In this document: piece after piece, positions 1-8,882 of the stretch
Layout of the letters: each line of letters starts with the position of its first letter
Position numbering within the stretch: the stretch's first letter is position 1
DNA from: Actinomycetota bacterium
GTDB taxonomy: Bacteria > Actinomycetota > Acidimicrobiia > Spongiisociales > UBA4744
NCBI GenBank assembly: GCA_013152275.1
Contig: JAADGS010000045.1
Location: 62,001 to 97,181 of the forward strand
DNA length: 35,181 nt
Reading direction: 5' to 3'
Made by a program: the position numbers and the translations under genes
The notes under the pieces: generated by a model
Told to the model about the DNA's origin: nothing
The model's input: the letters and a program-made list of their open reading frames with translations, nothing else
The model's database searches: none

Positions 1-1
1 G

Positions 2-370
2 CTGTTCACCGGCGGCGCCGCGTTTGGTTACTACATCCTCCCCAGAGGACTCGTGTTCCTTCTCGGCATCCAGCCGGGACTCACGTCGGTGATCGGGGCT
101 TCGGACTATTTCGGTCTCACACTTCGATTCCTCCTCGTGTTCGGCGTCGCATTCGAGTTTCCCGTGTTCCTGTTCGCCGCCGCGGCCGTTGGCCTGATCA
201 GCTCCACTCAGCTCAAGAAGGGCCGTCGATGGGCGGTGCTCATCATCGTCGTCGTGGGCGCCGTCGTGACCCCGACGGGCGACCCCCTGACACTGACCGC
301 TCTTTCGGTGCCCCTCTACGTGTTGTATGAAATGACGATCTGGCTGGTGAAGCTGGCGCTGCATAAATGA
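2..370 (+). CDS. tatC: Twin-arginine translocase subunit TatC (5'-truncated by window edge)
   Basis: Frame open from base 2; hydrophobic helices with FGVAFEFPV and AVVTPTGDPLT...PLYVLYE motifs; lies upstream of helY as is usual in Actinobacteria. Confidence 0.93.
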   Translation: MFTGGAAFGYYILPRGLVFLLGIQPGLTSVIGASDYFGLTLRFLLVFGVAFEFPVFLFAAAAVGLISSTQLKKGRRWAVLIIVVVGAVVTPTGDPLTLTALSVPLYVLYEMTIWLVKLALHK

Positions 371-2844
371 TCGGGTTCGACCTCGATTTCGAACCGGACG
401 CGTTCCAGCTCGAGGCTGCAGATCGAATCCGGTCCGGAGCGTCCGTCGTCGTGACCGCCCCCACGGGATCGGGCAAGACACTCGTTGCCGAGGTCGCGAT
501 TCGAGAGGCTCTGTCCCGAGGAAAGAAGGCCTTTTACACGACACCGCTCAAAGCACTGTCCAACCAGAAATTCAACGACTTACGAAAGCAGTTTCCACAT
601 GTGGGGCTGCTGACCGGAGACAACACGATCAATGGTGACGCGCCGCTGGTGGTGATGACGACCGAGGTCATTCGGAACATGATCTATGCGGGCTCTGAAG
701 CACTTGACGGTCTCGAAGTCGTGATTCTGGACGAGGTTCACTATCTCCAAGACCGGTTTCGTGGACAAGTGTGGGAGGAGATCATCGTCCACGCTCCGGC
801 GAAGACTCAGCTCGTATGCCTCTCCGCGACCTTGTCCAACGCCGACGAGTTCACGGCATGGGTCCGCAGCAGACGGGGGAGAACGAGTCTCATACAGGCC
901 GAGCGGCGTCCGGTCCCGCTGGTCAATCTCTATGCAGTGAAAGATCGATGGAGTGACGAAGTCTTCATGGACGAAATGCTCAGAGAGCACAGAGCCAACA
1001 AATCCATCGAGTCACGCATAGGCGGGAAGAAGGCCCGTCGCTACGGAACCCCGCGGCGAACCGAGATCGTGTCGGCCTTGGCCGGCAAGAGCATGCTCCC
1101 CGCCATCTATTTCATCTTCTCGAGAGCAGGTTGCAACGATGCTGCCAGGAGACTCGTCTCGTCCGGCGCAAGGTTCACCGACGCGCCGGCACGTGACAGC
1201 ATTCGCCGAGTCGCCGAAGAGAAGACAGCCCATCTCGATTCCGGTGATCTCGCCGTTCTCGAATACGAGGCATGGTTGACGGGCCTGCAGGCGGGGATCG
1301 CTCCTCACCACGCAGGGATGGTGCCGGCGTTCAAAGAAACTGTCGAAGAGCTTTTCGCCCGAGGCCTGATCAAGGTCGTCTTCGCCACCGAGACGCTCTC
1401 CCTTGGCATCAACATGCCCGCGCGCACCGTCGTTCTCGAGAGTCTCAGTCGCTTCACCGGAGAAACCCACGAACTGCTCAGGGCCGGCGACTACACACAG
1501 CTGACCGGCAGGGCGGGACGACGCGGGATCGACGAAGTTGGATACGGCGTGGTACTGCACTCGCGATTCGTCCCCTTTGCACAGGTCGCCAAACTCGCCG
1601 CCACCGGGTCACATTCACTCCAATCGAGTTTCCGACCCACCTACAACATGGCAGTGAACTTGGTCGCCAACTACTCGCGGGAGCGGGCAGAGAAGCTGTT
1701 GAACGCATCATTCGGCCAGTTTCAGGCGTCGAAAGCGATACGCAAGAAAGTGCGGTCACTCCAGCGTCGAGAAGCCGAGCTCGAGTCATTGTGGGACGCA
1801 GCGTCGTGCGACCGGGGAGACGTGGCTGAATACCGGGAGCTTCTCAACGCTTCTACGACGCGAGCATCGTCTCCCACGGACGGACTGCGTCGCGGGCAAG
1901 TGATCGAGGTCGTCTCAGGAGGCAAGGCCGGTCGATACGTGGTCGTGAAACGCCGGCAGGGTGAGAGAGTCGAACTCGTCGTGATCTCGACACGAGGCAA
2001 AGTGGTTCGACTGCATCCCAAGGACATGGGACCCGAGACCGTGTCACTGGGCTCCATGGTCCTGACGAGATCCCAGGGAATCGGGGACCCGAAGTTCCGA
2101 GCGGAGATTGCACGACAACTTCGAGCATTTCGAGGTCCCCCCGAGCTGCTGGGAAACGCAGAGCCAGGACCGGAACACCCGGTCGGTGCATGTCCGGACA
2201 GGGATGAACATCTGCGAGCCCTCGAACGGGCGCTGCGTTTGGAACAACAGAATCGCCGGCTCGCCAAAGAACTCGACCAGGCGCAGGGAGGTCTGGTCCG
2301 GGAATTCGAACAGATACTCGACCTGCTCGAGGCTCGTGGCTACGTGGCCGGCTGGACCCTGACGCCGCACGGTGAACGGCTGCGGGCGATCTACAGCGAA
2401 CTCGCTCTACTCATCTCCGAAGCACTCCAAAGGAGACTTTTCGAGGGCCTCGATCCCGCCGAAATGGCCGCATTGATCTCGATGGCGGTTTACGAGCCAC
2501 GAAACGATGAAGGTGGCACCGAAGCCTGGCCAACCGAGGCGCTTCGTGTGAGAGGCGCCCGGCTGGAGGCAGCCTGGGAAGAACTCGCCAAGGACGAACG
2601 GGTCAGAGGGCTTCCGCAGACCCGTCGGCCAGATGCCGGGTTCGCTTCGCTTGCCTACCGCTGGACACTGGGAGAGGACCTGAGTGAGGTACTCGGCGTG
2701 TGGGACGCAGGCGATTTCGTTCGAACCTCCAGGCAGCTTCTGGACGTGATGCGACAGGTGCGCGAGGCGGCTCCGCATCTCGCAGGCCCGTTGGGAACGG
2801 CAATTCGAGGTATCGATCGCGGCGTTGTTGCGGCAGTTCGGTGA
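367..2844 (+). CDS. helY: Ski2-like DEAD/DEAH-box RNA helicase (HelY family)
   Basis: APTGSGKT Walker A, PLKALSNQK, DEVH, LSAT, HHAG, QLTGRAGRRG; C-terminal GDFVR...LLD...Q (DSHCT-like); ATGA overlap with tatC. Confidence 0.9.
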   Translation: MIGFDLDFEPDAFQLEAADRIRSGASVVVTAPTGSGKTLVAEVAIREALSRGKKAFYTTPLKALSNQKFNDLRKQFPHVGLLTGDNTINGDAPLVVMTTEVIRNMIYAGSEALDGLEVVILDEVHYLQDRFRGQVWEEIIVHAPAKTQLVCLSATLSNADEFTAWVRSRRGRTSLIQAERRPVPLVNLYAVKDRWSDEVFMDEMLREHRANKSIESRIGGKKARRYGTPRRTEIVSALAGKSMLPAIYFIFSRAGCNDAARRLVSSGARFTDAPARDSIRRVAEEKTAHLDSGDLAVLEYEAWLTGLQAGIAPHHAGMVPAFKETVEELFARGLIKVVFATETLSLGINMPARTVVLESLSRFTGETHELLRAGDYTQLTGRAGRRGIDEVGYGVVLHSRFVPFAQVAKLAATGSHSLQSSFRPTYNMAVNLVANYSRERAEKLLNASFGQFQASKAIRKKVRSLQRREAELESLWDAASCDRGDVAEYRELLNASTTRASSPTDGLRRGQVIEVVSGGKAGRYVVVKRRQGERVELVVISTRGKVVRLHPKDMGPETVSLGSMVLTRSQGIGDPKFRAEIARQLRAFRGPPELLGNAEPGPEHPVGACPDRDEHLRALERALRLEQQNRRLAKELDQAQGGLVREFEQILDLLEARGYVAGWTLTPHGERLRAIYSELALLISEALQRRLFEGLDPAEMAALISMAVYEPRNDEGGTEAWPTEALRVRGARLEAAWEELAKDERVRGLPQTRRPDAGFASLAYRWTLGEDLSEVLGVWDAGDFVRTSRQLLDVMRQVREAAPHLAGPLGTAIRGIDRGVVAAVR

Positions 2845-2858
2845 AGAGGGAGGGGAAC

Positions 2859-3752
2859 ATGGAGGAATGGCTTGTCTTGGTGAACCCGAAAGCCGGATAT
2901 CGGAGTCACGCCGAAGAGCGGACGAGGGAGGCCCTTGGGCGCTGCGACGTGAAAGCCAGGATACTGGTGCCGACCACGGCCGAAGCGATGCGAGACGCCG
3001 TCGACGTCGGGGTTCATGAAGGCAGAGTGCGCTTCGTTGCGGTCGGAGGCGATGGAACCGCCAACCTCGTCGTCGACCAACTGCTGCAGCACGAATGGAG
3101 CGAGCCTCCTCTCCTGGGACTGCTCCCGGCGGGTTCCGGCTCCGACCTCGCACGAACCTTCGAGATCCCCCAGAACATCGAAGAGGCGGCAATGGCGTTA
3201 CGCGGCGACACACGACAGAAACTCGATGTGGGGGTCCTCGAGGGCAACTGGGGAAGCCGGTATTTCATCAACGTTGCAGAAGCCGGTGTCACCGCGGCCG
3301 TGATACGCCGATCGATGACCCTGCCGCGATGGCTGGGCTCCAGCAAATACCACCTGGCGCTCGCGCTCGTCTTCCCGCGCATCCGGTTGGTGGAGATGAG
3401 CCTGCAGGCAGGTGACATGGAATTCTCGGGCTCGTCGATGCTCACGGTGTTCGCCAACGCCCGGTATTTCGCAGGAGGCTGGCATATCGCGCCCGACGCT
3501 TCCGCTTCCGACGGCCTGTTCGATATCCAGGTATTCACGGCTTCCAAGAAAGACGTTCCCAGGTTATGGTGGCTCGCGAAGAGCGGGTCCCACATTGCCG
3601 AACCACAGATCCACAGGGTTGTTGCCGACTCATTCAAGCTGAGCGTCTCGGCGCCCTGGCCGGTGGAAGCCGATGGAGAGTACTTCGGGGAAGGCTCGAT
3701 GTGCGGGCACATCCGTCAAGCGGCGGTATCGGTAAAGACCCCTCGCTCCTGA
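2859..3752 (+). CDS. Diacylglycerol/lipid kinase family protein (YegS/DAGK-like)
   Basis: LVNPKAG, GGDGT, LPAGSGSDLAR, ADGE motifs; start placed at ATG 2859 after GAGGGAGG (GTG 2841 is an alternative). Confidence 0.88.
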   Translation: MEEWLVLVNPKAGYRSHAEERTREALGRCDVKARILVPTTAEAMRDAVDVGVHEGRVRFVAVGGDGTANLVVDQLLQHEWSEPPLLGLLPAGSGSDLARTFEIPQNIEEAAMALRGDTRQKLDVGVLEGNWGSRYFINVAEAGVTAAVIRRSMTLPRWLGSSKYHLALALVFPRIRLVEMSLQAGDMEFSGSSMLTVFANARYFAGGWHIAPDASASDGLFDIQVFTASKKDVPRLWWLAKSGSHIAEPQIHRVVADSFKLSVSAPWPVEADGEYFGEGSMCGHIRQAAVSVKTPRS

Positions 3753-3766
3753 AATTCGGAGCGAGG
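3741..3766 (+). terminator. Stem-loop over the DAGK stop codon, possible terminator
   Basis: CCTCGCTCC / GGAGCGAGG perfect 9-bp stem with an 8-nt loop containing the TGA stop; no U-tract. Confidence 0.5.
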
Positions 3767-3781
3767 ACGGACCCGGCGAAC

Positions 3782-4051
3782 GTGGCCGCCTGTGAGCCAG
3801 TGCCTTGGGCGATGACGGTCGGGGTGTCGATGCCGAGGCAGGAACACGTCGTCGACACGGATCGACCCGGCCCTTTCGTTCGAGTCGAGTTGTCGGGTCG
3901 ATCCGATACCGATGGCAAGACCCGCACAACGAAGGCGCACCTTCAGGTGCGTCGAGGCGGAGAACGAAGCAAGCGGCGTTCCCGGCCCACAGAACGCCGC
4001 AAAGGTTGCCGGTCGAGGCAGTAGATGTCGATGTCGGCGATCCGCGGCCAC
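3782..4051 (+). ncRNA. Candidate structured RNA of unknown family
   Basis: Closing stem GTGGCCGC/GCGGCCAC encloses four hairpins (3824-3858, 3858-3905, 3934-3953, 3973-4000); G-U pairs favour the + strand; no convincing ORF. Confidence 0.3.
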
Positions 4052-4105
4052 ACAAGAGAGATGAGGCGCTACCGTCAGATAGCGCTCCAGGCGGGGGTTT
4101 GTGGG

Positions 4106-4111
4106 TATACT
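4106..4111 (+). promoter_or_regulatory. Sigma-A type -10 hexamer for the DUF4193-ppm1 unit
   Basis: TATACT about 30 nt upstream of GTG 4141, followed by SD GAGAGGA. Confidence 0.55.
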
Positions 4112-4140
4112 CTCGCCGCTTCATATGAGAGAGAGGACCA

Positions 4141-4569
4141 GTGGCCCCCAGCGATGACAACGTCGAGGTCGGTCTCGAAGGCGCAGTCACCGATGAACCC
4201 GAATCCGACATCGTCGAGGTCCTCGATGATGATCTCGACACCGTCGAGCCGGCTGAAGGTTTCGGAGACGCAGGTCTCGATTCGAGCGATGAGGACAACG
4301 GGGACGAGAAGGCGGCAGAAGAGGCCGCAGAGGCCCTGGAAGAGCTCGAAGCAGAGGAACTGGAGCTGCTCGAAGACGAGGCAGCGGAGACGCTGCTCGT
4401 CGACGAGGCCGCCGAACTTCGCGCAATCCGACGCGCAGAACTCACCCTTGATGCGGATGCGGAGGAGATACGCGGAGACGAGTTCGTTTGCTCTTCCTGC
4501 TTCCTCGTCAAGCGGATCAGTCAGCTTGCAGACAAGCGGAAACTGATCTGCAGAGACTGTGCCGGCTGA
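4141..4569 (+). CDS. DUF4193-family protein (acidic N-terminus, C-terminal 4-Cys motif)
   Basis: DEFVCSSCFLV...SQL...ICRDC signature; D/E-rich N-terminus; good SD. Confidence 0.8.
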   Translation: MAPSDDNVEVGLEGAVTDEPESDIVEVLDDDLDTVEPAEGFGDAGLDSSDEDNGDEKAAEEAAEALEELEAEELELLEDEAAETLLVDEAAELRAIRRAELTLDADAEEIRGDEFVCSSCFLVKRISQLADKRKLICRDCAG

Positions 4570-5284
4570 CCCCGCACAGGTAACGGTCGTCCTTCCGACG
4601 TTCAACGAACGCGAGAACCTCGGACCGATCGTCAGGGCAGTGACGCGATATGGGTATCGCGTCCTGGTCGTCGATGATGCCTCACCCGACGGCACCGGGG
4701 ATCTGGCGGACGATCTCGCAAAGGAGATCCCCACAGTCGACGTTGTCCACCGTACGCACAAGGCGGGGCTCGGCTCTGCGTATGCTGCCGGGTTTCGGCA
4801 CGCGTTCTCCGATGGTGCCCGCATCATCTGCGAGATGGATGCCGACTTCTCACACGACCCGGCCGCGCTTCCCTCGCTCGTGAACGCGGTGGAGCTTGGA
4901 GCGGACCTCGCAATCGGCAGCAGGTACATAGAAGGGGGGGCCATTCCTGATTGGCCCCTGTATCGGCGCTTGCTGTCCAAGGGCGGGAATTGGTATGCAA
5001 GACGCATGCTCGCCCTGCCCGTCGCCGATGCCACGGCGGGATTCCGCGCCTACCGGACCCGGGCACTGATCAGCCTGGAAGCCGAGACCTGTCTGGCTTC
5101 CGGATACGCCTTCCAGGTAGAGATGACGCTGCGAGCCGTGGACCAAGGTCTCCGAATCGTGGAGGTGCCGATCACTTTCAGAGACCGTCGGGAGGGGACG
5201 TCGAAGATGGGAGCCGTTATCGTCGCCGAGGCCATGTGGCTCGTCACAAAATGGGGCATTCGGAGCAGGATTGGAGACAAATGA
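4559..5284 (+). CDS. ppm1: Polyprenol monophosphomannose synthase (GT2, DPM1-like)
   Basis: VLPTFNERENL, VVDDASPDGTG, GLGSAY, EMDADFSHDP, DATAGFRAYR, GYAFQVEM. Confidence 0.9.
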   Translation: MPADPAQVTVVLPTFNERENLGPIVRAVTRYGYRVLVVDDASPDGTGDLADDLAKEIPTVDVVHRTHKAGLGSAYAAGFRHAFSDGARIICEMDADFSHDPAALPSLVNAVELGADLAIGSRYIEGGAIPDWPLYRRLLSKGGNWYARRMLALPVADATAGFRAYRTRALISLEAETCLASGYAFQVEMTLRAVDQGLRIVEVPITFRDRREGTSKMGAVIVAEAMWLVTKWGIRSRIGDK

Positions 5285-5652
5285 CCGATGGGGCGGTCGG
5301 TGCTCGCTGCGGCAACGCCGAAGATCTCCTTGATCTGGCGTGGTCGTATCGTCACCTCGAGCAGGAGATGGTGAGCGTGCCTCCGATTGGCGCACGTACG
5401 AACGGCCTTTCTGCACCGGAGAGAGCCGTAGGTGAGCGATCGGTGCCCATCGACTCGCTTTTGACCGAACACCATGCCAGAGGAATCGGTGTGGGAAAAG
5501 GCGTGCTGGACACCGCCCTCGGAGATCTGTGGAACCGTGGGACACCCAGATTCGACATCGCAGTGCTGCCCGGCCGCCGTGAAAGCAAGAACTTCTTCGA
5601 AGCGCAGGGGTTCAAAGCCCGATCGATCGTTACGCACCATGAAGACCTCTGA
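5281..5652 (+). CDS. GNAT-family N-acetyltransferase-like protein (short, 123 aa)
   Basis: Motif A ARGIGVG and C-terminal LPG...KNFFEAQGF; ATGA overlap with the ppm1 stop. Confidence 0.65.
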   Translation: MTDGAVGARCGNAEDLLDLAWSYRHLEQEMVSVPPIGARTNGLSAPERAVGERSVPIDSLLTEHHARGIGVGKGVLDTALGDLWNRGTPRFDIAVLPGRRESKNFFEAQGFKARSIVTHHEDL

Positions 5653-6079
5653 TAGAGCGCCGATTCCGGGCGTCGGTGTCGTCATCGTGCGCGATGGAGA
5701 ACTACTGCTGATCCGGAGAGGCCGCGGAGCGAACAAAGGGCTCTGGGCGGTACCCGGTGGCAAGGTCGAGTATGGGGAGACCCGCGAGGCCGCCGCCGTG
5801 CGTGAGGCACGAGAGGAGACAGGTCTCGAGATCGCCGTTGGAGACGTTGTATGGGTGGGTGATGCGATCGGTCCCGGCGATCCGCCCGCTTGGCACTTCA
5901 CCCTGGTCGATTATGCCGCAAGCGTTATCGGCGGGACACTGCACGCAGGTGATGACGCGGCCGAGATCGAGTGGGTTGCGTTGGAGGACGTGCTCGAGCG
6001 ACCGGTTACGCCGACCATGGTCGACCTGATGAAACTCCTGCTCGGCTCGGGAAAGTCCCGCCCGTTCAGAAAGACCTGA
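5639..6079 (+). CDS. NUDIX hydrolase
   Basis: Nudix box GGKVEYGETREAAAVREAREETGL, plus AGDDA; start ATG 5639. Confidence 0.88.
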   Translation: MKTSDRAPIPGVGVVIVRDGELLLIRRGRGANKGLWAVPGGKVEYGETREAAAVREAREETGLEIAVGDVVWVGDAIGPGDPPAWHFTLVDYAASVIGGTLHAGDDAAEIEWVALEDVLERPVTPTMVDLMKLLLGSGKSRPFRKT

Positions 6080-7181
6080 GCACGAGGCCCGCACGCGGCT
6101 TGGGAACGAAGAGCGTCGTCTTCCGGGGGAAACGGAGCCCCTGATCCGCAGCATCCGAGACTGCGTCTTCCGGTACGGCAGCCATGAGCAGAACCGCTCC
6201 GTCGGGAGCACCGGCGAGCTCGCCGATCAAGCGCTCAGGATCCGGATGGAATACGGCGTCTTCTTCTCCGACACCACACCGCGGATAAAGCAGCTCGCGC
6301 GCCACGGCAGTGCTCGCTTTTCTCCATGACATCGGAAGAGCCTGGAGCGGGCCTGCCTTCGGAATCAGAAGCTTCGATTCGTCGGCGGTGACCATCGTGA
6401 TGGAGCCGGGGACCGTCGGCGGCAACGGAGGGGCCGTTTCCACGTCGAAGACGTCGTCGATCTCCTCGACGTCAAGAACCGGAAAGAACCGGTGAATGGG
6501 ACGTATCTGCAATCCGCTGCCCTGGGCCGGTGCCACGAAGGTCATGATTGCGTCCCATCCACCGCGGCCTTCACACGAAGCCTGATACTCGAGTGCTGCA
6601 GTGAACCGATGGTGACCATCCGCGATGGCGAGAGGATGCCGATCCACGGTTTCGGCAATCGCCGATGCCCGGCCTTCGATGTCGTACAGGGCATGACGGA
6701 CGCCGTCGGCTTCGAATGCAAACCGTGGAGATCCTTCCGGTTCGAGAAGAGCGGGAAGCCCGGGTGCCGGAGAGAGAGCAATGATCAGATCGAGATTCGA
6801 GCGAGTTGCCCGCAGAAGCTCCAACCGGTCCACTCCGGTATCTGCCATCGTTTCCTCGTGACCGAGAATCCGAGTACCGATCGGTTCGAGAGCAAGGGCA
6901 CCGATGACACCACGTGCCTCCCGCTCGCTGCCCTCACCGGTCCGGTAGCGCATCGTGTAGAGGTAGAAGCGCGGCTCTTCGTCGACTCGCAGCGTTCCTT
7001 CCCCGAGCCAGGCTTCGAGAAGCCTCGCAGATTCCTCATACGTCCCCGGGAGCAGGAGCCTCACCATGTTGTGTGGCGAGGAGTTACGTAACGTGGCAGC
7101 ATCGTCGATCATGTCGTATGGCGGGCTGGTACAAGCAGCCACATTGGCCGTGAACGTGGTTCCTCGGAAAGGTGTGAACAT
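6066..7181 (-). CDS. DUF1015-family protein
   Basis: PFRG, SPPYD, HEET, IADGHHR, IRPIHR, PRKTTLFVPKPRAGLV signatures. Confidence 0.85.
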   Translation of the reverse strand: MFTPFRGTTFTANVAACTSPPYDMIDDAATLRNSSPHNMVRLLLPGTYEESARLLEAWLGEGTLRVDEEPRFYLYTMRYRTGEGSEREARGVIGALALEPIGTRILGHEETMADTGVDRLELLRATRSNLDLIIALSPAPGLPALLEPEGSPRFAFEADGVRHALYDIEGRASAIAETVDRHPLAIADGHHRFTAALEYQASCEGRGGWDAIMTFVAPAQGSGLQIRPIHRFFPVLDVEEIDDVFDVETAPPLPPTVPGSITMVTADESKLLIPKAGPLQALPMSWRKASTAVARELLYPRCGVGEEDAVFHPDPERLIGELAGAPDGAVLLMAAVPEDAVSDAADQGLRFPRKTTLFVPKPRAGLVLRSF

Positions 7182-7995
7182 GGCGGGAGTTCTAGTCGGT
7201 GCAGAGCGGTTCGGCAATGTTCTCTGCGATCTCAACGGTGTCCTGAACCGGGACACCGAGGCGATCCCTCACGCCGGGGATGCTCTACAACGACTCGACG
7301 ATGCGGGATTCGCCATCGTGTTCGTCACGAACAACTCGATGGGAACAGGTGCAGATGTCGCCAACGAGATCGCCCGCCTCAACGGCTACGCGGCCTCACC
7401 CGATCAGGTCATCACCTCTGCCGATGCCGCTGCCGCACTTCTTGCACCGGATCGACCGGCTTCGATGGTCGTTGGAGGAACGGGAATCGTGTCGGCGTTG
7501 ACCAAACGCGGTATCCCCATCGTCGATGACCCTTCCGCCGCCGAAGCCGTGGTCGTGGGACTCGATGTCCATTTCAACTATCGGAGCCTGGACAGGGCGG
7601 CGTCTGCCATCCGTGGGGGAGCGCGATTCATTGCCACCAACACGGACGCCACCTTTCCCGGACCAGATGAACTTCGCTCAGGCGCGGGTGCGATCGTCGC
7701 CGCGATCGCCACTGCATCCGGGCAAACGCCGACGGTCGCAGGTAAACCTCACTCTGCCATGCGGACCCTCGTGAAACGGCGACTGGTACCGGGTCCCGTG
7801 TGGGTAGTGGGGGATCGTCCCGAGACCGATCTGGCCATGGCGAAGGCCGAACATTGGAACGCTGCCTTGGTACTCACGGGTGTCCTCTCGGACCCGAACG
7901 AGATTCCAGCCGACCTGGAACCGGAGCTCGTCACCGCCTCTCTCGTCGAGTTCGCCGATATCCTGACACGCGATCGGTTCAGCGGAAGGCGATGA
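7180..7995 (+). CDS. HAD-IIA family hydrolase (NagD-like); motif I reads DxN
   Basis: CDLNGVL, FVTNNS, FIATNTD, AGKP, VGDRPETD, LVLTG. Confidence 0.85.
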   Translation: MAGVLVGAERFGNVLCDLNGVLNRDTEAIPHAGDALQRLDDAGFAIVFVTNNSMGTGADVANEIARLNGYAASPDQVITSADAAAALLAPDRPASMVVGGTGIVSALTKRGIPIVDDPSAAEAVVVGLDVHFNYRSLDRAASAIRGGARFIATNTDATFPGPDELRSGAGAIVAAIATASGQTPTVAGKPHSAMRTLVKRRLVPGPVWVVGDRPETDLAMAKAEHWNAALVLTGVLSDPNEIPADLEPELVTASLVEFADILTRDRFSGRR

Positions 7996-8707
7996 TGCGC
8001 CGCCGGCGAACCCGTCTGAGCAGTGTTGGTCGCATGAGGGCCGCCACCGCAACGCCGAAGAGGAACCCTCCGACGTGTGCCTGCCATGCGACACCTGCCG
8101 CTTCGACGAAGAACTGGCCGAGGAACCAGAAGAGCAGAAAGACCGAAGCAGGGAGCGCGATCGGAAGGAAGAAGAGGATCGGGAACACCGACACGACCCG
8201 CGCTCTCGGATAGAGAACGAGGTAGGCACCCATCACACCGGCGATTGCGCCCGAGGCACCTATCAACGGCGTGATCGCTCTCGGGTTGGAGATGACGAAG
8301 GCCGCCGTCGCTGCCACTCCCGAGGCCAGATAGAAGAGCGCATACCCGAGTTTGCCGAACGCATCCTCAACGTTGTTGCCGAAAATCCACAGTACCCAGA
8401 GGTTGCCGATCAGATGCAGCAGATTCGCATGCAGGAACATCGAAACGAAGACACTTCCCCACAGATTCTTGTCGGGGAAGAGGGGTGGAGGCTGCGGAGT
8501 GGCCGAGCAGCCCGAAAGATCGCCCTGGTCGAGGAGTGAAGCCGAGGAGAGCTCACATGGAATCGCGGCATGGTGTACCGCGAACTCGAAGGCAGGTCGC
8601 TCACCGTGGGGCTGAACGAAGAAGAACACGAACGCTGCCGCGACGATGATCAGCCATGTGATGACAGGACGAGTGATGCCTGGGTTCGCGTCCCGAATGG
8701 GGATCAA
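7979..8707 (-). CDS. Rhomboid intramembrane serine protease
   Basis: SMFLHA..HLIGN, FGNNVED, GASGAIAG, AHVGGF; TTG start (MIPIRDANP) with AGGAG upstream. Confidence 0.9.
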   Translation of the reverse strand: MIPIRDANPGITRPVITWLIIVAAAFVFFFVQPHGERPAFEFAVHHAAIPCELSSASLLDQGDLSGCSATPQPPPLFPDKNLWGSVFVSMFLHANLLHLIGNLWVLWIFGNNVEDAFGKLGYALFYLASGVAATAAFVISNPRAITPLIGASGAIAGVMGAYLVLYPRARVVSVFPILFFLPIALPASVFLLFWFLGQFFVEAAGVAWQAHVGGFLFGVAVAALMRPTLLRRVRRRRIIAFR

Positions 8708-8731
8708 ATGACTGCTCCTGCCGGGCTGAGA

Positions 8732-8740
8732 TGTGATAAT
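8732..8740 (+). promoter_or_regulatory. Extended -10 element, probably for a leaderless transcript
   Basis: TGTGATAAT ends 7 nt before ATG 8748; no SD. Confidence 0.45.
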
Positions 8741-8747
8741 GCCGAGA

Positions 8748-8882
8748 ATGGATGATACGCAAGTCACCGAGCTGCTCGAGAAACTCGCCGACATGGATCC
8801 GGCCGATGCCGCGGAGGTGGCCGAGAAGCTGGCCAAGTTGCTGGCGGATCGGCTCGAAGACAAAGTCGAGGACACGGCCTGA
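8748..8882 (+). CDS. Small acidic helical protein, 44 aa (not in the ORF track)
   Basis: MDDTQVTELLEKLADMDPADAAEVAEKLAKLLADRLEDKVEDTA; G/C-ending codons; promoter-like element upstream; stop overlaps the tlyA start. Confidence 0.7.
   Translation: MDDTQVTELLEKLADMDPADAAEVAEKLAKLLADRLEDKVEDTA

Noticed and set aside
3716..4128. ORFs 3716-4051(-), 3805-4128(+) and 3566-4024(+) as genes
   Set aside because: Arg/Pro-rich, no motif or convincing SD, and two overlap the DAGK gene
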